Assembly (NCBI GenBank): GCA_963727525.1
Contig: CAVSGO010000007.1
Coordinates: forward strand, 2,208,001 to 2,272,000
Length of the DNA stretch: 64,000 nucleotides
Origin: an uncultured bacterium
GTDB lineage: Bacteria > Krumholzibacteriota > Krumholzibacteriia > LZORAL124-64-63
Direction: 5' to 3'
Shown: positions 18,675-28,702 of the stretch, one piece after another
Position numbering within the stretch: position 1 is the first letter of the stretch
Layout of the letters: each line of letters begins with the position of its first letter
Made by a program: the position numbers and the translations under genes
Notes under the pieces: model-generated
Seen by the model: only the letters and a program-made list of their open reading frames with translations
The model's database searches: none
Told to the model about the DNA's origin: nothing

Positions 18675-20668
18675 GCCGCCCCCTCGAGCACCAGCAACGG
18701 TTGCCCCTCCTGCACCTGATCACCGACCTGGAACGGCACCTCCTTCACCTCGCCGTCATGCGGGGCGCAGATCGTGTGCTGCATCTTCATGGCCTCGATC
18801 ACCATGAGCGCCGCACCGCGCGCCACCTTGTCGCCCTCCTTGCACTGGATGCTCACGACGATGCCGTTGATCGGCGCCACGAGCTGCCCGTCCGTCGATT
18901 CCTCGTCTACGACGGCCGCGATGGTGGGCTGGGTGAAGGTGTGCGCCTGGTGACGGAACTGCACCGTGAAACTGCCGCCGCTCGAGGTGATGGTGGCCTT
19001 CAGAAGGTGACCATCCAGCTCGGCCAGGAGCTGGCGCGATTCGAGCCGCGCCGTGGCCCACACCTCCTGGTGTTCGAGATCGAGGCGATAGCCGTTGCGC
19101 TCGCGCAACACGCCCACCAGGTGTTCGTGGCCCTGTCCGTCGACGAGGCGCATCATCCGGGTGGCCGGTCCGTTCAGCCGCCACGCGCGCAGGCTCGCCC
19201 AGGGCGAGAAGGGATCGGTCGTCTCACCGGTGCGCCGCGCCTCCTGTTGCGCCTGGTGCTCCGCCAGGTACAGTGTCGCCAGAGCGAGGAAACGCTGTGG
19301 CGACTGCGGACTCTGGTCCATGATCAGGTGGCGGAAATCGGCGATGAAGCCGGTTGTGAGCTGCCCCGCGTAGAACGGGCGGCTGTCGAGGATGTTCGAC
19401 AGGAACTCCAGGTTGGTGGCCACGCCCACCACGCGATATTCCTCGAGCGCGCGGTTGATGCGCCGGATGGCCAGCGGTCGACTCTCGTCCCAGCACGCGA
19501 GCTTGGCGATCATCGGATCGTAGTAGGCGCTGATCTCGTCGTTCTCCCGCACGCCGCTGTCCACGCGCACGTGGCGCGACTGGATCGGCTCGGCGAGGTA
19601 GCTGATGCGGCCGGGGTCTGGCCGGAAATCGTTGTCGGGATCCTCCGCGTAGATACGCGCCTCGATGGCATGGCCATCGACGCGCACCTCGGCCTGCGTG
19701 AGCGGCAGCGGTTCGCCGCTGGCAACCAGGAGCTGCCACTTCACGAGATCCTGCCCCGTGATCATCTCCGTCACCGGATGCTCCACCTGCAGCCGGGTGT
19801 TCATCTCCATGAAGTAGAACTTGTGATCGCGATCGAGCAGGAACTCGATGGTGCCGGCGCCGCGGTAGTCGATGGCCTGGGCCGCGCGCACGGCCGCCTC
19901 GCCCATCTCGCGGCGCAGCGCGTCCGACAGCCCGGGCGCGGGCGCCTCCTCGATGATCTTCTGGTGCCGGCGCTGGATCGAGCAGTCGCGGTCGGCCAGG
20001 TAGATGCAGTGGCCCTGATCGTCGGCGAAGATCTGCACCTCCACGTGGCGCGGTCCCTCGAGGTACTTTTCCACCAGGAGCTTGCCGTCGCCAAACGCCG
20101 ACTCGGCTTCGCTGCGCGCCTGCGTGAGCGCCGCGACCACCTCGCTCTCCTCGCGCACGATGCGCATGCCCTTGCCGCCACCGCCGAACGCCGCTTTGAT
20201 CAGCACCGGGAACCCGATCTCCTTGACCTTCTCGGCGAGGAACTCGGGATCCTGGTTGTCGCCGTGGTAACCGGGCATGAGCGGCACGCCGGCCGCCGAG
20301 ACGATGCTCTTGGCTTCGCTCTTGCTGCCCATGGCATCGATCGCCTCGGGCGGCGGCCCCACGAATGTCATGCCCGCCTCGCGCACACGTCGGCAGAACC
20401 CGGCATTCTCGGCCAGGAAGCCGTACCCAGGATGCACGGCGTCCGCGCCGGTGATCTTCGCCACCTCGATGAGCTTGTCCTGATTGAGGTACGACTGCCG
20501 GCTCGGCGACGGACCGATGTGGTACGCCTCGTCGGTCTCCACCACGTGGCGCGCCCCCGCATCGGCATCGGAGTAGACGGCGACGCAGCGGATACCCAGA
20601 GCGTGGGCCGTGCGGATGATGCGGCAGGCGATCTCGCCGCGGTTGGCGATGAGCAGCTTGCGGAACAT
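18671..20668 (-). CDS. liuD: 3-methylcrotonyl-CoA carboxylase alpha (biotin carboxylase + BCCP)
   Basis: True start MFRKLLIANRGEIA at 20668, HPGYGFLAEN, GGGGKGMR, EMNTRLQVEHPVTE and biotinylation motif EAMKM. Confidence 0.92.
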   Translation of the reverse strand: MFRKLLIANRGEIACRIIRTAHALGIRCVAVYSDADAGARHVVETDEAYHIGPSPSRQSYLNQDKLIEVAKITGADAVHPGYGFLAENAGFCRRVREAGMTFVGPPPEAIDAMGSKSEAKSIVSAAGVPLMPGYHGDNQDPEFLAEKVKEIGFPVLIKAAFGGGGKGMRIVREESEVVAALTQARSEAESAFGDGKLLVEKYLEGPRHVEVQIFADDQGHCIYLADRDCSIQRRHQKIIEEAPAPGLSDALRREMGEAAVRAAQAIDYRGAGTIEFLLDRDHKFYFMEMNTRLQVEHPVTEMITGQDLVKWQLLVASGEPLPLTQAEVRVDGHAIEARIYAEDPDNDFRPDPGRISYLAEPIQSRHVRVDSGVRENDEISAYYDPMIAKLACWDESRPLAIRRINRALEEYRVVGVATNLEFLSNILDSRPFYAGQLTTGFIADFRHLIMDQSPQSPQRFLALATLYLAEHQAQQEARRTGETTDPFSPWASLRAWRLNGPATRMMRLVDGQGHEHLVGVLRERNGYRLDLEHQEVWATARLESRQLLAELDGHLLKATITSSGGSFTVQFRHQAHTFTQPTIAAVVDEESTDGQLVAPINGIVVSIQCKEGDKVARGAALMVIEAMKMQHTICAPHDGEVKEVPFQVGDQVQEGQPLLVLEGAA

Positions 20669-20672
20669 GGTG

Positions 20673-21473
20673 TCACTCTCCCCGGGGCGCCCACGCGGGC
20701 GGGCGCCTGGCAAAGAACGCGGCGAGGCCTTCCCGGGCTTCCGGGGCGGCGCGCAGATCGGCGATGAGCGTGGCGGTCTCGGTGACGAGGTCGTCGTCCA
20801 CCGTGCGGCCATTCACGAGGCGAAAGAGATTCTTGATGGCGCCCTGGGCTACGGGGGCCCCGCGCAGCACGTGGTCGTGCCAGGCGGCGGCCGCCGCCGC
20901 GAGATCCTCGGTCACCTCATGCACCAGCCCCACCTCGCGGGCGACGTCGGCCGTCATGACCTCGGCGGTGAGCACGTAGCGCCGGGCCTGCCGGGCTCCG
21001 AGCGCGCGGAGCACGTACGGGCTGATGACCGATGCCGCGATGCCCAGGCGCGCTTCGCTCAGGCAGAAGCGCGCGCGCGGCAAGGCGAAGACGGTGTCGC
21101 AGCAGCAGAGCACGCCCACGGCGCCGCCGAAGGCCGGCCCTTGCACCAGAGCGAGCGTCGGGCGCGGAAACGTGTCGAGGGCGCGTAGCATCTCGGCGAG
21201 CGCCATGGCGTCGGCGAGATTCTTGTCGCGGCTCGCGTCGGCCATGGCCTGCATGTGTCCGAGGTCGGCACCGGCACAGAAGGTGGGTCCTTCGGCAGCG
21301 AGCACGAGCGAACGGATTCCCGCGTGGCACGCGGCCGTGGCGAACAAGGCATTCAGCTCGGCCACCATCTCGCCGCTGAACGCGTTGTGTTTCTGCGGCC
21401 GCGCCAGCGTCAGCGTGGCGATGCCGCGGTCATCGATCGTCAGATGGCAGGTCTTGCGCGACTCCTGCAACAT
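20673..21473 (-). CDS. liuC: methylglutaconyl-CoA hydratase (crotonase family)
   Basis: RPQKHNAF, FCAGADL, AFGGAVG, LSEARLG. Located between liuB and liuD. Confidence 0.87.
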   Translation of the reverse strand: MLQESRKTCHLTIDDRGIATLTLARPQKHNAFSGEMVAELNALFATAACHAGIRSLVLAAEGPTFCAGADLGHMQAMADASRDKNLADAMALAEMLRALDTFPRPTLALVQGPAFGGAVGVLCCCDTVFALPRARFCLSEARLGIAASVISPYVLRALGARQARRYVLTAEVMTADVAREVGLVHEVTEDLAAAAAAWHDHVLRGAPVAQGAIKNLFRLVNGRTVDDDLVTETATLIADLRAAPEAREGLAAFFARRPPAWAPRGE

Positions 21474-21484
21474 CGGTCCTCCTG

Positions 21485-23092
21485 CTACATGCGGAACACG
21501 CCGAAGTGGCTGTCGGAAATGGGGGCATTGAGCGAGGCCGACAGCCCCAGCGCCAGCACCTCGCGGGTCTGGGCGGGGTCGATCACGCCGTCATCCCACA
21601 GACGCGCGCTCGCGTAGTACGGATGGCCCTGCGCCTCGTAGTGTGCGAGGATGGGGGACTTGAACGCGTCCTCGTCCTTCTTCGCCCACTTCTTGCCCTC
21701 GCGCGCCAGACCGTCACGCTTGACCTGCGCCAGCACGCCGGCCGCTTGCTCGCCGCCCATGACGGAGATGCGCGCGTTGGGCCACATCCACATCAGCACG
21801 GGATCATAGGCGCGGCCGCACATCCCGTAGTTGCCGGCCCCGAAGCTGCCACCCACGATCACCGTGAACTTGGGCACCTGCGCATTGGTCACGGCCATCA
21901 CCATCTTGGCGCCATGCTTGGCGATGCCCCCGGCCTCGGCCTTCTGTCCCACCATGAAACCGGTGATGTTCTGCAGGAAGATCAGCGGCACGCGCCGCTG
22001 GCAGCACAGCTCGATGAAATGGGTGCCCTTGACGGCCGACTCGCTGTAGAGAATGCCGTTGTTGCCGACGATGCCCACCGGATAGCCGTGCAGCGTGGCG
22101 AAGCCGCACACCAGCGTCTCGCCGTAGGTGCGCTTGAACTCGTCGAACTCGGAGCCGTCCACGAGGCGCGCGATGACCTCGCGGATGTCATACGGGATGC
22201 GCAGGTCGGTGCCCACGATACCGTAGATCTCCTCGGGATCGTACAGAGGCGGCCGCGGATCGCGCGGCTTCAGGGTCATGGGCTTGCCGTGGTTGAGATT
22301 GGCCACGCAGCGCCGCGCCAGGTCCAGGGCGTGCCGATCGTCGAGGGCGTAGTGGTCGGCCACGCCCGAGGTCTTGCAGTGCAGATCGGCGCCGCCGAGA
22401 TCCTCGGCCGTCACCTCCTCGCCCGTGGCCGCCTTCACGAGCGGCGGCCCGGCAAGGAAGATGGTGGCCTGCTCCTTCACCATGATGGCCTCGTCGGCCA
22501 TCGCCGGCACGTAGGCGCCACCCGCGGTGCACGAGCCCAGGACGACGGCGATCTGCGGGATGCCCGCCGCCGACATCGAGGCCTGATTGTAGAAGATCCG
22601 GCCGAAGTGCTCGCGGTCGGGGAAGACCTCGTCCTGAAGCGGAAGGAATGCGCCGCCCGAGTCCACCAGATAGAGGCACGGCAGGTGGCAGCGTGCCGCG
22701 ATCTCCTGCGCGCGCAGGTGCTTCTTCACGGTCAGCGGAAAGTAGGTGCCACCCTTCACCGTGGCGTCGTTCGCCACGATCATGCACTCCACGCCCTCGA
22801 CGCGTCCGATACCGCACACGATGCCGGCCGCGGGTACCGGCTCGTCGTAGACCTCGTGCGCCGCGAACTGCCCGATCTCCAGGAACGGTGAGCCTGGGTC
22901 GAGCAGATGGCGGATGCGGTCGCGCGTGAGCAGCTTGCCGCGCGCGAGATGCCGGGCCTGGGCCTTCTCGCCGCCACCGCGACGGATCTGCACGAGATGC
23001 TCGCGCAGATCAGCGACGAGGGCGCGCACGGCGCGGTCGTTGTCCTGGAAACGCTGGCTGCGGATGACCAGACGGCTCTTGAGCACGCTCAC
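21485..23092 (-). CDS. liuB: 3-methylcrotonyl-CoA carboxylase beta (carboxyltransferase)
   Basis: [57 protein letters not shown] end. Confidence 0.95.
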   Translation of the reverse strand: MSVLKSRLVIRSQRFQDNDRAVRALVADLREHLVQIRRGGGEKAQARHLARGKLLTRDRIRHLLDPGSPFLEIGQFAAHEVYDEPVPAAGIVCGIGRVEGVECMIVANDATVKGGTYFPLTVKKHLRAQEIAARCHLPCLYLVDSGGAFLPLQDEVFPDREHFGRIFYNQASMSAAGIPQIAVVLGSCTAGGAYVPAMADEAIMVKEQATIFLAGPPLVKAATGEEVTAEDLGGADLHCKTSGVADHYALDDRHALDLARRCVANLNHGKPMTLKPRDPRPPLYDPEEIYGIVGTDLRIPYDIREVIARLVDGSEFDEFKRTYGETLVCGFATLHGYPVGIVGNNGILYSESAVKGTHFIELCCQRRVPLIFLQNITGFMVGQKAEAGGIAKHGAKMVMAVTNAQVPKFTVIVGGSFGAGNYGMCGRAYDPVLMWMWPNARISVMGGEQAAGVLAQVKRDGLAREGKKWAKKDEDAFKSPILAHYEAQGHPYYASARLWDDGVIDPAQTREVLALGLSASLNAPISDSHFGVFRM

Positions 23093-23110
23093 GGGGGCCT
23101 CTCCCTCGGG

Positions 23111-24283
23111 CTAGGGGTGCGATTCCTTGAAGAGTTCGCGGCCGATCAGCAGGCGGCGGATCTCCGACGTCCCGGCACCGATCTCGTAGAGCTTGGCGTC
23201 GCGGAGCAGGCGCCCCGTGGGGTAGTCGTTGATGTAGCCGTTGCCTCCTAGGATCTGGATGGCGTCCAGCGCCATGCGCGTGGCGGTCTCGGCGCTGAAG
23301 AGGATGGCCCCAGCCGCGTCCTTGCGCGTGGTCTCGCCGCGGTCGCACGAGCGCGCCACGGTGTACACGTAGGAGCGGGCCGCGTTGGCCTGCGTGTACA
23401 TGTCGGCGAGCTTGGCCTGCACGAGCTGGAACTCGCCGATGTACTGGCCGAACTGCTTGCGGTGGTGCACGTAGGGCACGACGACATCGAGGCACGCCTG
23501 CAGGATGCCCAGCGGTCCGCCCGCCAGCACCACGCGTTCGTAATCGAGGCCGCTCATCAGCACCTTCACGCCGTGTTCCACGCGCCCCAGCACGTTCTCG
23601 ACGGGAACCTCGCAGTCGTCGAAGACCAGTTCACAGGTGTGGGAGCCGCGCATGCCCAGCTTGTCGAGCTTCTGCGCGGTGCTGAATCCCGGGAAGCCCT
23701 TCTCGATGATGAAGGCCGTGATACCGTGCGGCCCCTTGTCGGGCGAGGTCTTGGCGTACACCACCAGGGTATCGGCTTCCGGTCCGTTGGTGATCCACAT
23801 CTTGTTGCCGTTGAGCACATAGTGGTCACCCTGGCGATCGGCACGCAGCTGCAGGCTCACGACGTCGCTTCCGGCACCGGTCTCGCTCATCGCGAGCGCC
23901 CCGACGTGCTCGCCGCTGATGAGCGGTGGGAGATACTTGGTGCGCTGGGCGTCCGTTCCGTTACGGTAGATCTGGTTGACGCAGAGATTCGAGTGGGCGC
24001 CGTAGCTGAGGGCCACCGAGGCCGATGCGCGGCTCAGTTCTTCCATGGCTACCACGTGCTCGAGGTAGCCGAGGTTGGTGCCGCCGTACTCCTCGGGAAT
24101 CGTCACACCCAGCAGACCGGCGGCGCCGAGCTTGCGCCACATGCCCTCGGGGAACGCGTTGTCGCGGTCCACCTGTTCCGCGATGGGCTCGATCTCCTGG
24201 GCCGCGAACGCGTTGGCGTGGGCACGGATCATCTCGGCAGTCTCGCCGAGCGCGAAATTCAGGGGTCGGTACGGTGTCTTCAT
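23111..24283 (-). CDS. liuA: isovaleryl-CoA dehydrogenase
   Basis: [63 protein letters not shown]. Confidence 0.95.
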   Translation of the reverse strand: MKTPYRPLNFALGETAEMIRAHANAFAAQEIEPIAEQVDRDNAFPEGMWRKLGAAGLLGVTIPEEYGGTNLGYLEHVVAMEELSRASASVALSYGAHSNLCVNQIYRNGTDAQRTKYLPPLISGEHVGALAMSETGAGSDVVSLQLRADRQGDHYVLNGNKMWITNGPEADTLVVYAKTSPDKGPHGITAFIIEKGFPGFSTAQKLDKLGMRGSHTCELVFDDCEVPVENVLGRVEHGVKVLMSGLDYERVVLAGGPLGILQACLDVVVPYVHHRKQFGQYIGEFQLVQAKLADMYTQANAARSYVYTVARSCDRGETTRKDAAGAILFSAETATRMALDAIQILGGNGYINDYPTGRLLRDAKLYEIGAGTSEIRRLLIGRELFKESHP

Positions 24284-24467
24284 CGGTGCTCCCGCAGCTT
24301 GCCGTCCGCTCTTCGGCAGTTCCCTCGACCGTCGCGATCACTCACGCCCATCGGTGTCCGGATTCTGTCACGGTTCCATCACGAAATCGCCTGGCAGACC
24401 CTTGACTGTAGCGCATCGGTTCCGTTATGTCATCAGTCTGATCCTCCAATGGGACGGAGGGAGTTCA

Positions 24468-24501
24468 AGGATCGTGGGTCGGATTGGGGACCCACGATCC
24501 T
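24468..24501. other. perfect 13-bp-stem hairpin in the liuA-lepB intergenic region
   Basis: AGGATCGTGGGTC-GGATTGGG-GACCCACGATCCT. Confidence 0.7.
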
Positions 24502-24562
24502 GCCCAACGTCCCGTGCGATCCGAGATCCGGTGTTCTTCGAGAAATCGTGGTACTCGTGCGC

Positions 24563-24590
24563 GGGCCGGTACTGGCAACAGTACCGGCCC
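24563..24590. terminator. 12-bp-stem hairpin downstream of lepB (possible terminator, no U-tract)
   Basis: GGGCCGGTACTG-GCAA-CAGTACCGGCCC. Confidence 0.5.
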
Positions 24591-24618
24591 CTCGCATACG
24601 GTCCAGGCTCCGCCGCGA

Positions 24619-25305
24619 TCAGTCGAGTGCGCGAAAGAAACGGCCCCATCTTGGTTTCCAGTGCCGATCGTGGTCGATCGAGAGCACCACGCCCTGCGCC
24701 CGGCCTTCGAGACTCTCCATCGGGACGAAGCCGATGAAACGCGAGTCGGCGCTGTTGTCGCGGTTGTCCCCCATGACGAAGCACATGCCCTCGGGCACGG
24801 TCACCGGGCCGAAGTCACGCGCCACGCCATGGCCTGGCGTGAGCATGACGGCATGGCGTATTCCGGCGAGATCCTCCAGGAGGTACTCGTGCTGCCATCG
24901 ATCCTGGGGCGGCAGGGGGTAAGCCGGGGGGGCCGGAGCATCCGACTGGGGCTGGATCTTGCCGTTGAGCGACAGGATGCCCTCATGGATCACCAGTACG
25001 TCGCCGGGCAGCCCGACGACACGCTTGATCAGCCGAATGCCGTCGCGGGGCGACGGAAAGGTGACCACGTCGCCGCGTTCCGGTATGGACCAGGTCGTCA
25101 CCCGGGTCTGCGTAAAGGGGACCCGCAGTCCATACGCCAGCTTGTTCACGAAGATGCGTTCGCCTTCCAGGATCGTGGGTTGCATCGACCCGGTCGGCAC
25201 ATCGTACCAGTCGGCGAGCGCCGAGCGGAAAGTCAGCAGGACGAGGACCAGGAGCAGTGTCGAGCGCCAGTCGCGCCAGAGGCGCAGCATCCGTTCTCGG
25301 GACAT
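24619..25305 (-). CDS. lepB: signal peptidase I
   Basis: VPTGSMQPT (Ser), LIKRVVGLPGD (Lys), MGDNRDNSADSR. ATG 25305 follows GGAGGT. Confidence 0.93.
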   Translation of the reverse strand: MSRERMLRLWRDWRSTLLLVLVLLTFRSALADWYDVPTGSMQPTILEGERIFVNKLAYGLRVPFTQTRVTTWSIPERGDVVTFPSPRDGIRLIKRVVGLPGDVLVIHEGILSLNGKIQPQSDAPAPPAYPLPPQDRWQHEYLLEDLAGIRHAVMLTPGHGVARDFGPVTVPEGMCFVMGDNRDNSADSRFIGFVPMESLEGRAQGVVLSIDHDRHWKPRWGRFFRALD

Positions 25306-25427
25306 CGAGATGACCTCCAGGCAGATTCTCGCGAGAGAGCCCTTCCCCAAACCCGCGACTGGCGTTATGGTTCCCGGCAGCATACGGGAACGCGCCAGCG
25401 TGCTTTCACCGCGAGGGAGTCAGGTCC

Positions 25428-25769
25428 ATGAACATCAAACGCCAGCCGCGTGGCAACACCATGGTGCTGCAGATCAACGGCGACATCATGGGTGGCAAAG
25501 ATTACGAGACGTTCACCGGTGAGATCAAGAAACTGGTGGACGAGGGCAACGTGGATATCGTGCTCGACCTTGGACAGGTTCGGTTCATCAACTCCACGGG
25601 CCTGGGCATCCTGGTCTCCGGCTTGACGACGCTCAAGAAGAACGCCGGTCAGATGAAGGTTTGCAACCTGAACGATCGCATCGACCGCATCTTCAGCGTC
25701 ACGAGCCTCACCACGATCTTTCCCACCTTCGAGAGCCTCGAAGATGCGGTCGCCTCGTTCGAGAGCTAG
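25428..25769 (+). CDS. STAS-domain anti-sigma factor antagonist
   Basis: IVLDLGQVRFINSTGLGILVS, SpoIIAA/RsbV-like, 113 aa. Confidence 0.9.
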   Translation: MNIKRQPRGNTMVLQINGDIMGGKDYETFTGEIKKLVDEGNVDIVLDLGQVRFINSTGLGILVSGLTTLKKNAGQMKVCNLNDRIDRIFSVTSLTTIFPTFESLEDAVASFES

Positions 25770-25946
25770 GTCGGCAGGCGGACCGGGCTGCGGCCTCCTC
25801 CGGCCGACGGCCCGGTGTCGCAAGGCGCCGCCCCGAAGCGGCGAGTTGGCCGCATTTCCAATATACTGACTGGCTCCGAATAGGTGACAATGGGGATCAT
25901 GATTTCGGAGCGGCAGCGAAACCATTCCCCAGGGAGCCCTTGCACG

Positions 25947-27590
25947 ATGCGACCAGTCTCGTTGCGGCACCACGTGCCGGCCCGATTGCTCCACCGTCCG
26001 GGTCGGATCCTGCTCCTGGCCGGGGTTGTGACCACGGTGGCGGGCGCCCTCGCCCAGCCCGCGCCACCCACGGTGGCGGATCCCGACAGCGCCCTCGCCC
26101 GGACACTCCAGGCCAACGCCGGAGAGCCTCTCGCCCTCGATGTCGCCATCGGTGCGGCCCTCGCCGAGGACACCGACGTTCTCCTGGCGCGGGCCGAGCG
26201 CGACGCGGCGGCCGGCGCCGCCCGACGCGAGCGCGGCACCTTCTCGCCCGAGCTGTATGGCGAGGTGTCCACCGGGAGCGATGAGCAGCCATCGTCGTCG
26301 TTCTTCTCGGGCGCGGACGTGCTCGTCACCGACCGCACCGCGGTCGAGGCGGGCGCCCGCATGACGCTGCCATTGGGCACCCAGCTCTCCGCGTCGCTCA
26401 ATTCCACCCGCGTGAAAACCAATTCGGCATTCTCGTCGCTGTCGCCCCAGGTCGATGCCGTTGGCGAGCTGTCGATCACGCAGCCGTTGTTGCGCGGCTT
26501 CGGCCCCGCGGCGCGTGGTGAACGCGACGCCACGGCCGCGTCGTATGCCGTGGCGCAGGCCAGCTACGACGATGCGCGCCTGGCCGCCGCGGCCGAGGTG
26601 GAGGTGACGTACTGGCGCCTGTACGCGACCGAGCGCGACTACGCCGTGCAGCTCCTCGTCCGCGACCAGGCGCAAGCGGTGCTCGACCAGTCGCGCATCC
26701 GCGCCCAGACGGGACTCGTGGGCCCGAGCGCCGTGGCCACAGCCCGCGTGTTCCTTGCGAAGCAGGCCCAGGCCGTGCTCGACAGCGAGGATCAGCTCGA
26801 CTCGGTGTCGGATCACCTGGCCACGCTCATCGGACGGCGACCGGCGACGAGCCGGCGCTTTCACGCCATCGGCCTGCCCCCATCCACGTTCCCGCCGATC
26901 GATCAGGACGCCCTGGTGCGCCTCGTCGCCGAGCACAATCGGCTGCTCGAGGCGAGCACTCACGCGGTCGCAGCCGCGCGCGCCCGCGCGTCCGGAGCGC
27001 GCTGGGATGCGCTGCCCCAGCTCGATCTCTTCGGCCAGCTCGGGGGACGCGGTCTGGCCGGCACCGGCCAGGACGTGATCATCGACTTCGGCGGCAGCGG
27101 CCCCGACACGGTGAAGAACACTGTCGATACGGGCTTCGGTGACGCGTTCTCCCAGGTCGTGAGCCGCGACTACCCGCAATGGAATGTCGGCTTGCGTTTC
27201 ACGGTCCCCTTCGGCGGACCCAACCGCGGGGAACGCGATCGGCTCGACGCCGCGGTCGTCCGCGCCGAGGCGCAGCACGAGGCGAACCGTCGCACGCTGG
27301 ACGAGGCCGTGCGCTCCTGGAACCGGGAGCTGACGAACGGCCACGAACGACTGCGGCTCGCCCAGGAGGGCGTGCATGCGTCGATCGAGCAGGTACGCAT
27401 CGGCATGCTCGAGTTCAAGAACGGCCGCACCACGGCGTTCGAGTTGGTGCGCCTGAGCGCCGACCTCGCCGACGCGCAGCGCGCATACTCGAATGCGCTG
27501 GTACGCACGGCGCAGGCGGCGGCGAGCTTGCGCCGGCTCACGGCCGGCGCCTACCCGGGACCGCTCACCAACGAGGAGACGAACCCGTGA
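25947..27590 (+). CDS. TolC-family outer membrane efflux protein
   Basis: Signal peptide, ITQPLLRGFG, LPQLDL, QWNVGLRFTVPF. First gene of an efflux operon. Start chosen after AGGGAG. Confidence 0.88.
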   Translation: MRPVSLRHHVPARLLHRPGRILLLAGVVTTVAGALAQPAPPTVADPDSALARTLQANAGEPLALDVAIGAALAEDTDVLLARAERDAAAGAARRERGTFSPELYGEVSTGSDEQPSSSFFSGADVLVTDRTAVEAGARMTLPLGTQLSASLNSTRVKTNSAFSSLSPQVDAVGELSITQPLLRGFGPAARGERDATAASYAVAQASYDDARLAAAAEVEVTYWRLYATERDYAVQLLVRDQAQAVLDQSRIRAQTGLVGPSAVATARVFLAKQAQAVLDSEDQLDSVSDHLATLIGRRPATSRRFHAIGLPPSTFPPIDQDALVRLVAEHNRLLEASTHAVAAARARASGARWDALPQLDLFGQLGGRGLAGTGQDVIIDFGGSGPDTVKNTVDTGFGDAFSQVVSRDYPQWNVGLRFTVPFGGPNRGERDRLDAAVVRAEAQHEANRRTLDEAVRSWNRELTNGHERLRLAQEGVHASIEQVRIGMLEFKNGRTTAFELVRLSADLADAQRAYSNALVRTAQAAASLRRLTAGAYPGPLTNEETNP

Positions 27591-28702
27591 TCCCATCCCG
27601 ACGCAATCGCCAGTTCCTGATCATGGCCCTGGTGGGGCTCGTGGCGGTGGCCGGATGCAGCCGCAAGGCGAAGGACGGCGCAGCGAGCGGCGGCGGCGGC
27701 CGGCCGTCGATGCCGCCCATGCCCGTGGAGACCGCCGAGGTCAAGACGGGGACGCTCGTCGACCAGTTCACCGTGGTGGGCTCTCTCGACGCGAAGGATG
27801 CGATCACGGTGGTCTCCGAGATCAACGGCACGGTGGTCGCGCTCCCGTTCCACGAGGGGCAGTCCATCGAGAAAGGCGGCCTGATCGTGCAACTCGACGA
27901 CGACGAGCTGAAGGCTCAGCTCGACCGCGCCATCGCGGTCCGCGACCAGCGGCAGTCGTCTTATGACCGCACCAAGGCCGTCGTCGACCAGGCGGCCGGT
28001 GCCGCCCAGGACCTCGATGACGCGGCCGCCGCCCTCAAGGTGGCCGAGGCCGACCGGGCGCTGGCGCAGACGTTGCTCGACAAGACCCGCATCATCGCAC
28101 CCTTCGGCGGCATCGCCGGCATTCGCCGGGTGAGCCTGGGCACCTACGCCACCGCGGGCATGCCCATCACCGACCTCGTGCGAGTGGACGAACTGCGCGT
28201 GGACTTCACGGCGCCCGAGCGGTTGCTCGGCAAGCTGCGACGTGGCGCCGAGGTCACCGTCACCACGACCGCCTACCCCAGCCATGTGGTCAAGGGCACG
28301 ATCGACATCATCGACCCCCGGATCAATGCCGACACGCGCAGCGCCCACATCGTGGCCCGGATCGCGAATCCGGACCTTCTGCTGCGGCCGGGCATGTCGG
28401 CCACCATCACGGTCGTGCTCAGTAGCCTCGCCAACGCCCTCACCGTTCCGAGCGAAGCCGTGATCCTGCAAGGCGGAAAGACGATGGTCTACGTGGTGCA
28501 GGCCGACAGCACGGTGGCGCCGCGCCCGGTGACGCTGGGACTGCGCCAGCCCGAGACGGTGGAGGTCGTGTCCGGACTCGAGGCCGGCGAGCGGGTGGTA
28601 CGCGCCGGGCACCAGAAGATCTTCCCCGGCGCCAAGGTGATGCCCATCGCGAGCCAAGAGGGCGCAAGCCAGAACGGCGCCGGCCAGGAGGGCGGAGCAT
28701 GA
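27587..28702 (+). CDS. RND efflux periplasmic adaptor (MFP), lipoprotein
   Basis: Lipobox VAGC, IIAPFGGIAG, LLRPGMSA, VEVVSGLEAGERVV. GTGA overlap with tolC. Confidence 0.92.
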   Translation: MIPSRRNRQFLIMALVGLVAVAGCSRKAKDGAASGGGGRPSMPPMPVETAEVKTGTLVDQFTVVGSLDAKDAITVVSEINGTVVALPFHEGQSIEKGGLIVQLDDDELKAQLDRAIAVRDQRQSSYDRTKAVVDQAAGAAQDLDDAAAALKVAEADRALAQTLLDKTRIIAPFGGIAGIRRVSLGTYATAGMPITDLVRVDELRVDFTAPERLLGKLRRGAEVTVTTTAYPSHVVKGTIDIIDPRINADTRSAHIVARIANPDLLLRPGMSATITVVLSSLANALTVPSEAVILQGGKTMVYVVQADSTVAPRPVTLGLRQPETVEVVSGLEAGERVVRAGHQKIFPGAKVMPIASQEGASQNGAGQEGGA

